From Gemmatimonadales bacterium (lineage in GTDB: Bacteria; Gemmatimonadota; Gemmatimonadetes; Gemmatimonadales; GWC2-71-9), in contig JBDIWC010000002.1 of the NCBI GenBank assembly GCA_039794085.1, positions 32,001 through 96,000 of the forward strand: a DNA stretch of 64,000 nt. Direction: 5' to 3'. The position numbers and the translations under genes were made by a program. This document shows positions 11,140 through 19,256 of this stretch, in pieces. The first letter of the stretch is position 1, and every line of letters starts with the position of its first letter. The notes under the pieces are model-generated. The model searched no databases. It was given only the letters and a program-made list of their open reading frames with translations, and was not told where the DNA came from.

Positions 11140-11424
11140 TCAGGCATCGGCGTGGGCCGCCCTTTCGGCAGCGAAGACCTCCTCCGGGGATTTTCCGGTC
11201 AATCGCATGTACATGGCGTCGGGACAGAGATCGATCTCGGCTCCCCAGGCAATGGCACCGTGGGAAGCAATCTGAACCGACTCAAAGAGCTTCGGGTTGT
11301 TCCAGGCGGCAAAGACACCGCGTCCGGCCAGGTCGGAGAGATCAATTTCCCCTTCGGCACCGTCATCAAAACGAAGCCAGATCCTGTGGTCCGCGAGCGC
11401 CTTGACGTCAACAGGCTTCGGCAT
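11140..11424 (-). CDS. DUF2442 family protein (putative antitoxin-like)
   Basis: VKALADHRIWLRFDDGAEGEIDL...F..V......IAW..EIDLCPDAMY pattern; GGAGG RBS. Confidence 0.8.
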   Translation of the reverse strand: MPKPVDVKALADHRIWLRFDDGAEGEIDLSDLAGRGVFAAWNNPKLFESVQIASHGAIAWGAEIDLCPDAMYMRLTGKSPEEVFAAERAAHADA

Positions 11425-11460
11425 GGTCACCGGCCTCCTGAATCGTGGAAGACAACAACA

Positions 11461-11649
11461 CTACCACCGCCGACACGGCAAAGCCTCGCCATGCTCCATC
11501 CGGTTGGCCAACGATCGGAGGGCGAGCGCCTGGACTCGGGCAACAGCATCGGGCCGTGTCACTCCGTAAGCCATGACACCGGGGAGGTCAGTGATCTCCG
11601 CCAACCAGCGGCCATCCGACTCCTGTTCGACTTCAAGGTGAAGCACCAT
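11461..11649 (-). CDS. HicB-family antitoxin-like protein (short form)
   Basis: EQESDGRWLAEITDLPGVMAYGVTRPDAVARVQALALR is the HicB N-terminal fold signature; 62 aa. Confidence 0.8.
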   Translation of the reverse strand: MVLHLEVEQESDGRWLAEITDLPGVMAYGVTRPDAVARVQALALRSLANRMEHGEALPCRRW

Positions 11650-11675
11650 GGGAATTCCCTTTCGTGGGCCCCTGC

Positions 11676-11684
11676 AATGTAGCA
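11676..11684 (-). promoter_or_regulatory. Putative extended -10 promoter of the hicB-like gene
   Basis: Minus strand TGcTACATT about 27 nt upstream of the ATG. Confidence 0.4.
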
Positions 11685-11751
11685 CCAATGACGGGAGGGG
11701 CCCCAGCATCTCGACTCCAACCGGCGGCCGCTGGCTTCAATGTGGGGTCCG

Positions 11752-11785
11752 GAAAGAGAAAGGCCCCAACCGAGGCTGGGGCCCT
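11752..11785 (-). terminator. Intrinsic terminator after ssrA
   Basis: Minus strand GGCCCCAGCC/GGTTGGGGCC hairpin followed by TTTCTCTTT. Confidence 0.7.
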
Positions 11786-11795
11786 TCCTGGAGCA

Positions 11796-12156
11796 TGGAG
11801 GCGCAGGGAATTGAACCCTGGTCCGAATCAAGTTCCAGCACCACGTCTACGTGCGTAGGCCGGTCTTCATGCTTTGGGGCCCGGACGGCGACTCGGCCGG
11901 CCTTCCGTACCCCTTCCTCCTGAGATCTCGCCGCAGACGTCGGAGGACCGCCCTTGGCCAGCCCGGATTTGCGATCCGATGACGACGCCCCGGGCGGGCT
12001 TCGAACACCGGAGGTGCTTCAGCGAGCAGAGCTCAGCTTAAGCAGCCATTGCCAGGTTAGAGTTGGCAAGTAGTGTTTTCCAAACGGTTTAGCCAGGAGC
12101 CTGGACCTGGGCACGCTGCGATACCTTCTTCTGACCCGTCGAAACCGGTCGCCCCC
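11796..12156 (-). ncRNA. ssrA: tmRNA (transfer-messenger RNA)
   Basis: 5' GGGGGCGACCGGTTTCGAC and 3' GGTTCAATTCCCTGCGCCTCCA form an Ala-type acceptor stem with G3:U70 and a T-arm; internal tag frame 12067-12038 encodes ANSNLAMAA-stop; length 361 nt. Confidence 0.95.
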
Positions 12157-12174
12157 CTGTAGGAGAACACCTGA

Positions 12175-12203
12175 ATGGTAGCGGCACCGGTACCCGGCGG
12201 CAA
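12175..12203 (-). promoter_or_regulatory. sigma70-type promoter of ssrA
   Basis: Minus strand TTGCCG-N17-TACCAT just upstream of the mature 5' end. Confidence 0.6.
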
Positions 12204-12383
12204 CCCCGGCAACCCACAGTACGCAGGGTGAGCCTCGGCCGGAGCCGAAGCCACCGAGTCGCAATGAGTTGGGCGGCCGGGGCTTGTAAAATAATTCACA
12301 AAGGGACGAAAACAAGACGTGACCCCGCCGGGGTTCGGATTTCCCGGGGCTCACGCCCCTTGCTCGGCCAGTTGAGGTGGGAA

Positions 12384-12407
12384 GGGCGGTTCACGAACCG
12401 CCCCTAC
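12384..12407. repeat. GTAG-type REP palindrome
   Basis: Reverse complement GTAGGGGCGGTTCGTGAACCGCCC; degenerate relative at 6327-6347 and a sister at 39486-39509. Confidence 0.7.
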
Positions 12408-12497
12408 GCGCCACCGGGTGCGCAGGCAAGACCTGACCCCACCCACCGCTGAGTGCGGTGTCCCCCGGGGACTCTCCACCCCGAGGGCAACCGAGCC

Positions 12498-13082
12498 TCA
12501 GAACCAGAACCCGACTGTGACCGGGAACCACTGCTTGCCTGCGATGCGAGTGCCAGTCAGCCCCAACCATCGGGCCTCGACTTGGAGAGGGATTCTGAGC
12601 AGGCGGCTCCGCACACCCACACCGGCGCTGAGAGCCGGTGAAAACACCGTCTGTTTCAACGTCATGGCCGGAGCGCCGGAGATGGGGCTGGCAGGCAGGA
12701 ACACTCGCCTGTTGCTGACCGCAGCCCCGCCACCCACCGCCACGTAGGGGCCCACCTTCCCCGACGTGATCGGGACCACTCCCTCGAGCGTCACCGCGGC
12801 CACCTTGTCGATGGAAACGGACCGGGCGTTCGACTGGGTCACCGCCGGATCGATGCGAGCATAATCCCCGCCCAGGCGGATCAGGACCGGGGACCCGGAG
12901 GGACGGAACGTGAGTGCCCCCCGTGCCGACAGGTTGGCGCCCACGTTGAGGACGCCGCCCGCCGGGGAACCGAGTACCTTCCCAATCCCCAAAGACGCCG
13001 TCCATCGAGGCTCTTGGCTGTGACCGCGCTCTGAAGCGCCGAGGACGAGCGTTCCAAGAAGGATTCCCGATGTGACTTTCAT
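12498..13082 (-). CDS. Small outer-membrane beta-barrel protein
   Basis: Signal-peptide-like N-terminus after GGAGG, alternating beta-strand pattern, PYVAVGGG, C-terminal PVTVGFWF (terminal Phe BAM signal). Confidence 0.75.
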   Translation of the reverse strand: MKVTSGILLGTLVLGASERGHSQEPRWTASLGIGKVLGSPAGGVLNVGANLSARGALTFRPSGSPVLIRLGGDYARIDPAVTQSNARSVSIDKVAAVTLEGVVPITSGKVGPYVAVGGGAAVSNRRVFLPASPISGAPAMTLKQTVFSPALSAGVGVRSRLLRIPLQVEARWLGLTGTRIAGKQWFPVTVGFWF

Positions 13083-13099
13083 CTTCACTGCCTCCTTGA

Positions 13100-14243
13100 T
13101 CACGGCGCGAACTGCACTGCCACCCACTGGTTGCACCCCATACCCCCAGTACTTGCGCAGGTTGCGCCGTACCCGGTGTTCGACTGCCACAGGGGAGCAA
13201 ATCCGTTCCGTATCTGAGTGACTCGAGGTGCATGAAAGAAGAAACCCGGCGGTGGTGCAATGAAATCGGAGAAGATGTCATCACCATTCACATTGAGGAA
13301 CCCATCGGTTTCCTTCACGATCACGTCGAGGAAGGCCACTTCGAAGACGGTGCTCCCATGCACCACCATACCTCCTGTGCACCGGGGATCACCCTCACCG
13401 ACAACTTCGGAGTTGCCAATGCCTTCGCAGCGCAGTCGGCTTTGGAAGAGCCCGTTCGAGTCCGTGGAAGGGAACTCAAACTCATTTCCTTCAGAACAGT
13501 TGCCGTTGTCACAGATTCCGTTGGTTTGAAGGGTCACCAGTCTTTGTTCGGGAGTCCCTCCCCCACCTCCATCGATGTTGCACTCGAGCAAGACCGTGGG
13601 ATCGCAGAACTCGGATGTCATGGGCACCACGGTCAGCGTGTCGCCACCGGTGCGCTGTTTGCGTCCCGGCCGCCACTTCGATTCCGCAGGCGCGATGAGG
13701 AGGGTGGGAACAACGGGAGCTACCGACTTGTCGAGAATCACTGCAGCCCCCGACCGGGAGATCCCAAAAAGATCCGTGGAACCCGGAGTTCGAACGACGA
13801 CCGAGACCTCCTCGTCGGAGCGCCACGTTTTCCGGTGGGCTGCCAGTGGCATGTAGACTTCGACTCTTGGCAGCGCCCTGATTGCACCCCGGACGTCCTC
13901 TGCGCGCTCGCCCGTCGCCTTGCGCATGGCCTCCAGCACGGCCTGACCCTCTGGCCAATCCGCGAAGTTCTCAAGCACGAGTTTGTATTCCGGCATCGTT
14001 GACTCGCGGAGGGCCCGATGAAGGGCCGCCCGGGCCGTCGGATCCTGGAGCGCACTATTCAGCCAGCGCGCGAAAGTGAGGAACTGCCCCGTCTGACTAC
14101 CAACCGCCCCGGTTTCCTGCCCCACGGTGGGACTTGCGCCTTTCTCGGGGGCTGAAAGCCCCCCCCCCCCCCCCGGAATCTCCTGCAGAACATCCCAACG
14201 CTGTGACCATCCCGATGATGAACGACGGTGCTCGAAATCTCAT
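13100..14243 (-). pseudogene. Cys-rich lipoprotein, frameshifted at a G16 tract (phase-variable OFF state or homopolymer error)
   Basis: GGAGG + ATG 14243 gives MRFRAPSFIIGMVTALGC (lipobox). The frame stops at 14097 with G16, but G15 joins it to ORF 13100..14125, giving 380 aa. Confidence 0.75.
14159..14174 (-). repeat. Homopolymer G16 (C16 on + strand)
   Basis: Counted directly: 2+10+4 C residues; the longest homopolymer I saw in the window. Confidence 0.95.
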
Positions 14244-14369
14244 CTCCGTCCTCCTGTGGTTCGCTCGTCGCGCCAGCCGCACCAACGCTCACCAATTCAG
14301 AACCAAGTACCATCACTTCGCTGGACAGGCGCACAAGCAACAGTGTCGCTGGTGAGCTATTGTCCAGAT

Positions 14370-14416
14370 TACATAACACCGTACCACTGTCTTGTCAACC
14401 CCCAGACTTAAGTCTG
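14370..14416 (-). promoter_or_regulatory. Putative promoter and 14-bp palindromic operator of the lipoprotein islet
   Basis: Perfect TTGACA (14398-14393) with a weak -10 region (TATGTAAT); CAGACTTAAGTCTG palindrome at 14403-14416. Confidence 0.4.
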
Positions 14417-14461
14417 TAGTCATTGCGGGCGCCAGCCGGGATGACGACGAGGGGGGTGGTC

Positions 14462-15832
14462 TCACCCTGACCGCACGCAGTTCCGGCCCGCCTCCTTCGC
14501 CCGGTACAGCGCCGCATCGGCCTGGGCCGCCAGGTTCTCCCGGGCATTGGTCGTTCCCGGCCACGCCGCCACTCCGAACGACGCCGTGAGCGACCACTCG
14601 GTCCCCTGAAACATCCACGTTGCCTCCGCCAGCGCCTCCCGGACCCGTTCCGCCACGCCACAGCCATGGGCCAGATCCTGATCGGGAAGCCAGATGGCGA
14701 ACTCCTCTCCTCCCACCCGGCCCGACACATCCCGTCCCCGCACCAGTCGCTCCAGGATCGCCGCGAAGTGGACCAGCGCCGCATCGCCGGCGGCGTGACC
14801 CAGGGTGTCGTTCACCCGCTTGAAGTGATCGAGATCGGCCGCGATGTACACTCCGCGCACCACGCCCACGGCCTGCATCGCCGCCTCGAACCCCCGGCGG
14901 TTGCGGAGTCCGGTGAGGGGGTCCCGCACCGCCTGATCCTGCTCCTCCCGCCGGGCAAGGGCCGCCTGGAGCCGGGGGCCCGCCGCGTCGAGTGCATTCT
15001 GCAACGCGGCGAACGCTGGGCCGCAGAGCTCATCGCCACCCGCTGTCCAGAGAACGGCGGCTCCCACCGGCTCTCCCTCCGCAGAGATCGGATAGACCAG
15101 GCTCCGCCGCTCCCGGTGGCGCCGGTCCCCCGGGTCGATTCCCACGGGATCGTAGGCCACCACCATCTCGCGGTTCTCCCCCCGGGCCACCCGGTCCGCC
15201 GCCGTTCCCGGCATCACGCGCGCATGCAGGAGCCGGGTGTCCCCCCGGAGCGCCACCCCAAGGATCTCCACTCCCCTCGAATGCCGCAGGACCACGAGGG
15301 TGTCCCCCTCGCAGATCCGTTCCAACTGGTGGGCCAATCGGACCGCGATGCTCTCGACCGATTCCCCCGGGCGCTCCTGTTCCCGGGCCACCCGGGTGAG
15401 GAGCGGCCGGGACTGGAGAAGATGGAGTAGATGCCGAAGGTCCTCGATTGCGTCCGGAGGGGGTAAGGAGTCGTGGACCAGCATTCCCGCCGCGGGTGGC
15501 CGGGCGACCCAGAGGAGCGTGCCCCAGGCCGTCCTCTCCACCCCCTCACGGTCGTTGCCCCGTGCCACCGTCCGCAGGCGCTCCTCCAGTGCCTCATGGG
15601 TTTCGGTCCCCGAGGCCACGGTTCCATGGAAGATCACGTCGTTCTGGTCCAGGCAGATCAGGATCCCGCGCGCTCCGGTGGCCCTGAGAACCCAGTCGAG
15701 AAGGGGATCGGTCCCGCTGCCCCGGGATGGAGCAGGCGCGGTCCGCTCACCCCGCGATGCCCGGCGGCCCCGTGCCACCCAGCCCGCGATCCCGCCCGCG
15801 GCGAGCCCCACGAGCAGGAGAACCACCTCCAT
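14462..15832 (-). CDS. Membrane-anchored diguanylate cyclase (GGDEF domain)
   Basis: DPLTGLRNRR, DLDHFKRVNDTLGHAAGD, RGRD I-site, GGEEF; N-terminal TM and GAF-like middle region. Confidence 0.9.
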   Translation of the reverse strand: MEVVLLLVGLAAGGIAGWVARGRRASRGERTAPAPSRGSGTDPLLDWVLRATGARGILICLDQNDVIFHGTVASGTETHEALEERLRTVARGNDREGVERTAWGTLLWVARPPAAGMLVHDSLPPPDAIEDLRHLLHLLQSRPLLTRVAREQERPGESVESIAVRLAHQLERICEGDTLVVLRHSRGVEILGVALRGDTRLLHARVMPGTAADRVARGENREMVVAYDPVGIDPGDRRHRERRSLVYPISAEGEPVGAAVLWTAGGDELCGPAFAALQNALDAAGPRLQAALARREEQDQAVRDPLTGLRNRRGFEAAMQAVGVVRGVYIAADLDHFKRVNDTLGHAAGDAALVHFAAILERLVRGRDVSGRVGGEEFAIWLPDQDLAHGCGVAERVREALAEATWMFQGTEWSLTASFGVAAWPGTTNARENLAAQADAALYRAKEAGRNCVRSG

Positions 15833-15833
15833 G

Positions 15834-16754
15834 TCAGCGTGGTCCGCCCAACCACCCGCGCCGACGGAACCACCAGGCGATCCCCACCGAGAGGAACACC
15901 ATCGCCACCAGCACGAGGGGATAGCCGAATCGGCTCGCCAGCTCGGGCATATGGGCAAAGTTCATCCCGTAGACACCGACGATGAACGTGAGGGGGAGAA
16001 AGAAGGCGCTGAAGACGGTGAGCACTCGCATGACCTCATTGGTCCGGTGCGACGCCACCGACAGATGCACCGCAAGGAGGTTGTTCAACTCCTCGATCAA
16101 CTGGTCGGCGTAGAAGTGCCATGCCTCCGCGCTCTCCCGCAGATCCTGGAACAGGGGCACGGCACGCTCGGCCGGGGCCACGAACTGATGGATCACGCCC
16201 TGGGTCTTGAACAGCACCCGGCGAATCAGGGTCACCCGCCTCTTCTGGAGATAGATCGTCTCCAGCGGCGCCGGCCCGCTCCGGTCGAACACGCTCTCCT
16301 CGAACCGCTCGATCACCTCTTCAAGTTCCTCCAGCGGCGGACCGTACGTGGCGAGCACCGCATGGGTGACCACCGCCAGAAGCGAGGAGGCGGTGTCCTC
16401 CGATGTCCGGCGTTCGGTCAGGTTTCCCCGGGCCTCCAGCATGGCGGCGAAGAAGGGCTGGTCCACCCGCCGGATGGTCATGAAAAGGTCCGGCCGGTAG
16501 AAGATGGAGATCTTGCGCGTGACCTCCTGCACGCCCGAGGCGTCCGGCGGCGCCGCTTCATCGATGGCCCGGAGAATCACGAAGGTGGTGTCGCCGATCC
16601 GTTCGTACTTGGGCAGATGCTCGGGGTCGAGACAGTCCTCCACCGAGGTTCGGTGAAGCCCATGCTCGATGGCAAGGAGACCCAGCTCCTCGCGCGTGGG
16701 GTTGACCACATCGATCCAGGCCAGGCCGTTCGTCACGGGAATCTGGCGAATCAT
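15834..16754 (-). CDS. corA: CorA-family Mg/Co/Ni transporter
   Basis: TNEVMRVLT, PLTFIVGVYGMNF (GMN motif), MPEL, two C-terminal TMs. Confidence 0.92.
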   Translation of the reverse strand: MIRQIPVTNGLAWIDVVNPTREELGLLAIEHGLHRTSVEDCLDPEHLPKYERIGDTTFVILRAIDEAAPPDASGVQEVTRKISIFYRPDLFMTIRRVDQPFFAAMLEARGNLTERRTSEDTASSLLAVVTHAVLATYGPPLEELEEVIERFEESVFDRSGPAPLETIYLQKRRVTLIRRVLFKTQGVIHQFVAPAERAVPLFQDLRESAEAWHFYADQLIEELNNLLAVHLSVASHRTNEVMRVLTVFSAFFLPLTFIVGVYGMNFAHMPELASRFGYPLVLVAMVFLSVGIAWWFRRRGWLGGPR

Positions 16755-17509
16755 GGTTCCATCCCTCGCAGAATGCGCACGGCGGCCATCGCGGCTCCGA
16801 ACCCGTTGTCCACGTTCACCACGGTGACGCCCGCCGCACAACTGTTCAGCATTCCCAGCAGCGCGGCCACCCCTCCAAACGAGGCCCCGTACCCCACGCT
16901 GGTGGGCACCGCAATGACCGGTTGCCGCACCAGTCCCCCGACCACGCTGGGCAGCGCCCCTTCCATGCCAGCCACCACGATGATGACTCCGGCACGCCGG
17001 AGCGCGTCACCGTTGGAGAGAAGGCGGTGGATCCCCGCCACCCCAACGTCGTTCAGCCGCTCCACCGCTACTCCCGCCGCCTCGGCCACAACGGCGGCCT
17101 CCTCACTTACCGGAAGGTCGCTGGTGCCGGCGGTGACGATGCACACTGGCGCTCCCACGGGATCCCCCGTCGTGGAGGAGCGGAGCCAGAGGGTTCGGCC
17201 GAGGGTGTTGTAGTGAACGTCGGGATACGCGCGGCACACGAGCTCGGCCTGCACCGGTGTCGCCCGGGTGACCAGAAAGGAGCCATGCACCTCGGCCAGG
17301 CGACCACAGATCTGCACCACCTGTTCCGGTTCCTTGCCCGCCCCGAACACCACCTCGGGAAACCCGGTGCGCAGGGCCCGGTGATGATCGATGGAGGCGA
17401 AGGGGAGATTCCCGGTGGGGAAGTCCCGGAGCCGGGCCAGCGCATCCTCCGGAGAGAGTCGGCTCTCCGCCACCGCGCTCAGCAGGGCCGCGAGATCGTC
17501 GCGGTTCAC
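16751..17509 (-). CDS. larB: LarB-family (nickel pincer cofactor biosynthesis, PurE-like) protein
   Basis: IDHHRALRTGFPEVVFGAGK, TAGTSDLPV, DVGVAGIHRL, AGMEGALPSVV, PTSVGYG, LNSCAAG; GTG start overlaps the dusB stop. Confidence 0.9.
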   Translation of the reverse strand: MNRDDLAALLSAVAESRLSPEDALARLRDFPTGNLPFASIDHHRALRTGFPEVVFGAGKEPEQVVQICGRLAEVHGSFLVTRATPVQAELVCRAYPDVHYNTLGRTLWLRSSTTGDPVGAPVCIVTAGTSDLPVSEEAAVVAEAAGVAVERLNDVGVAGIHRLLSNGDALRRAGVIIVVAGMEGALPSVVGGLVRQPVIAVPTSVGYGASFGGVAALLGMLNSCAAGVTVVNVDNGFGAAMAAVRILRGMEP

Positions 17510-18489
17510 GCCGCGCAGGACACCGGTTCGAGGTAGGCCTGGAAGATCGCTTCGGCCTCGGCCATCGACTCGACCTGAAAGAGCCGCTGGCGGAGCGTCG
17601 AGGAACCGGGGAGCCCCTTGGTGTACCAGCCGAAGTGCTTCCGGAACTCGACCACGGTGCGCCGGGTGTCGCCCTGGAGCTCGAGGGCGAGCCGGGCATG
17701 CTCCAAGGCCACCGCGAACCGCTCCGCAGCAGACGGCGCCTCCGGGAGCGGTTCCCCGCGAAGGAGTGCCCGGCCCGCGGCAAAAACCCACGGATTTCCG
17801 AAGCTCCCCCGCCCCACCATCACCCCCGCGCACCCCGTGTGATCCCGCATCCGCACGATGTCCTGGGGCGACACGACATCGCCATTGCCGATGACGGGAA
17901 TGTCCAGCGCCTCGACGACCCGGGCAATCTCGTCCCAGTCGGCAGAGCCGGTGAACATCTGGGTCCGGGTCCGGGCGTGCAGCGTGAAGGCACGGGCTCC
18001 GGCATCCTGGATCCGCAGGGCGATCTCCACGGGTGTCCGCGTTGCACTGTCCCAGCCGCTTCGGGTCTTGACGGTGACCGGGAGGTGAGTGGCCTGGACC
18101 ACCGCCCGGATGATCCGGTTCACCAGGTCCATGTCCCGGAGGCACCCCGACCCCCCGTTCCGCTGTACCACCTTCTTGACCGGGCACCCGAAGTTGATGT
18201 CGATGAAATCGGGGGCGTAGGCTTCGGTCACCACGGCGGCGGCCCGCGCCATTCCCTCCGGATCGGCCCCGTAAATCTGAACCCCGATCGGCCGTTCCGA
18301 TTCCGCGAACTCGGCTCCCTCCAATGTCCGGCGGATGCCCCGGCGAATTGCCTCCGCCGAGAGAAACTCCGACATGAGCACGTCCGCCCCCATCCTCCGG
18401 CAGATCTGCCGAAAGGGAGCCTCGCTCACCCCGGCCATGGGAGCCAGGATCAGCGGGGTATCGAGTGACGGCGCATACGGTAAACGCAT
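17506..18489 (-). CDS. dusB: tRNA-dihydrouridine synthase
   Basis: LAPMAGVS, IDINFGCPVKKV, VTVKTRSGW, LHARTR, GNGDV, MVGRG. Confidence 0.93.
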   Translation of the reverse strand: MRLPYAPSLDTPLILAPMAGVSEAPFRQICRRMGADVLMSEFLSAEAIRRGIRRTLEGAEFAESERPIGVQIYGADPEGMARAAAVVTEAYAPDFIDINFGCPVKKVVQRNGGSGCLRDMDLVNRIIRAVVQATHLPVTVKTRSGWDSATRTPVEIALRIQDAGARAFTLHARTRTQMFTGSADWDEIARVVEALDIPVIGNGDVVSPQDIVRMRDHTGCAGVMVGRGSFGNPWVFAAGRALLRGEPLPEAPSAAERFAVALEHARLALELQGDTRRTVVEFRKHFGWYTKGLPGSSTLRQRLFQVESMAEAEAIFQAYLEPVSCAA

Positions 18490-18495
18490 GATTAC

Positions 18496-18524
18496 AAGTT
18501 ACTTATGATGCTTGATCGCCACAA
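18496..18524 (-). promoter_or_regulatory. Promoter of dusB operon, probably giving a leaderless mRNA
   Basis: TTGTGG-N17-TAACTT, then 6 nt to the ATG; no SD sequence. Confidence 0.6.
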
Positions 18525-18624
18525 GGAACGGCACGGTTCCGGGCATCCTCGTCTCCTCCCCGCTCCAAGGTTTGGTGAACCACCGGTATGCATTTCAGCA
18601 AAGCCGCCATGAACGCTGCTCTTT

Positions 18625-18743
18625 AACCACGAAATCCACGAAACGACACGAACGCGACGGACCTGACCGTGTTCTTGGGATAGACCGCATCGGGTGGACG
18701 GGGCGGAACGGATTTCGTGCTTTTTCGTGACTTTCGTGGTTCC
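18625..18743. repeat. REP-like inverted repeat with triple CACGAA arms
   Basis: AACCACGAAATCCACGAAACGACACGAA (18625-18652) versus TTTCGTGCTTTTTCGTGACTTTCGTGGTTCC (18713-18743); the right arm recurs four times at 40991-41875. Confidence 0.85.
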
Positions 18744-18773
18744 ATCTCTCCCCGTCTGGTATCTTCACTCCCC

Positions 18774-19256
18774 ATGCGACTCGTTGACTTCCTCGACCCC
18801 GGCGCCGTCAGTCTCGATCTCTCCGGGGTCACACCGGAGGCAGTACGGGCGGAACTGGTGGCGTTGTTGCGGATCGGGGACCGGGCCCACGAGGAGAGAC
18901 TGTGCCGTCTTCTGGCTCGGCGTGAGCGGCTCGGAAGTACCGGCATCGGTCGGGGAATCGCCATCCCTCATTGCCGGTCCCTCGGCATGACCCGGCTCCA
19001 CCTCGCTTTCGGACGCCATCGCACCGGCATCGACTACACAGCGATCGACGGGAGACCGGTGCGGTTCTTCTTTCTCATCGTGGCCCCGCCGGTCGAGGTG
19101 GCCAACCGGTATCTGCCGGTTCTGGGGCGCATTGCGTTGCTGGCCCGGGACCGTGAGGTTCCCCGGCGGCTGGCCCGCGCTCGGACGGTGGAGGAGATCG
19201 TCGCCGTACTGGACGGCCGGGACGGCCTCGATCAGGGGGGTCACACCACCGGCTGA
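18774..19256 (+). CDS. PTS EIIA domain protein (PtsN/fructose-type)
   Basis: RERLGSTGIGRGIAIPHCR (phospho-His), IDYTAIDGRPVRFFFLI. Confidence 0.88.
   Translation: MRLVDFLDPGAVSLDLSGVTPEAVRAELVALLRIGDRAHEERLCRLLARRERLGSTGIGRGIAIPHCRSLGMTRLHLAFGRHRTGIDYTAIDGRPVRFFFLIVAPPVEVANRYLPVLGRIALLARDREVPRRLARARTVEEIVAVLDGRDGLDQGGHTTG

Noticed and set aside
11733..11752. GCTTCAATG, resembling the ATTGAAGC end of some CRISPR repeats
   Set aside because: Single copy with no periodic repeat.
6117..11796. Integrated element at the ssrA 3' end
   Set aside because: No integrase, and I could not find a duplicated ssrA 3' end (att site) in the window.
12019..12354. ORFs overlapping ssrA
   Set aside because: Explained by the tmRNA gene and its promoter.
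14394..14420. GTCAACCCCCAGACTTAAGTCTG resembling an IS200/IS605 (IscB/omegaRNA-type) end
   Set aside because: No TnpA, TnpB or IscB ORF nearby; better explained as a -35 box plus palindrome.
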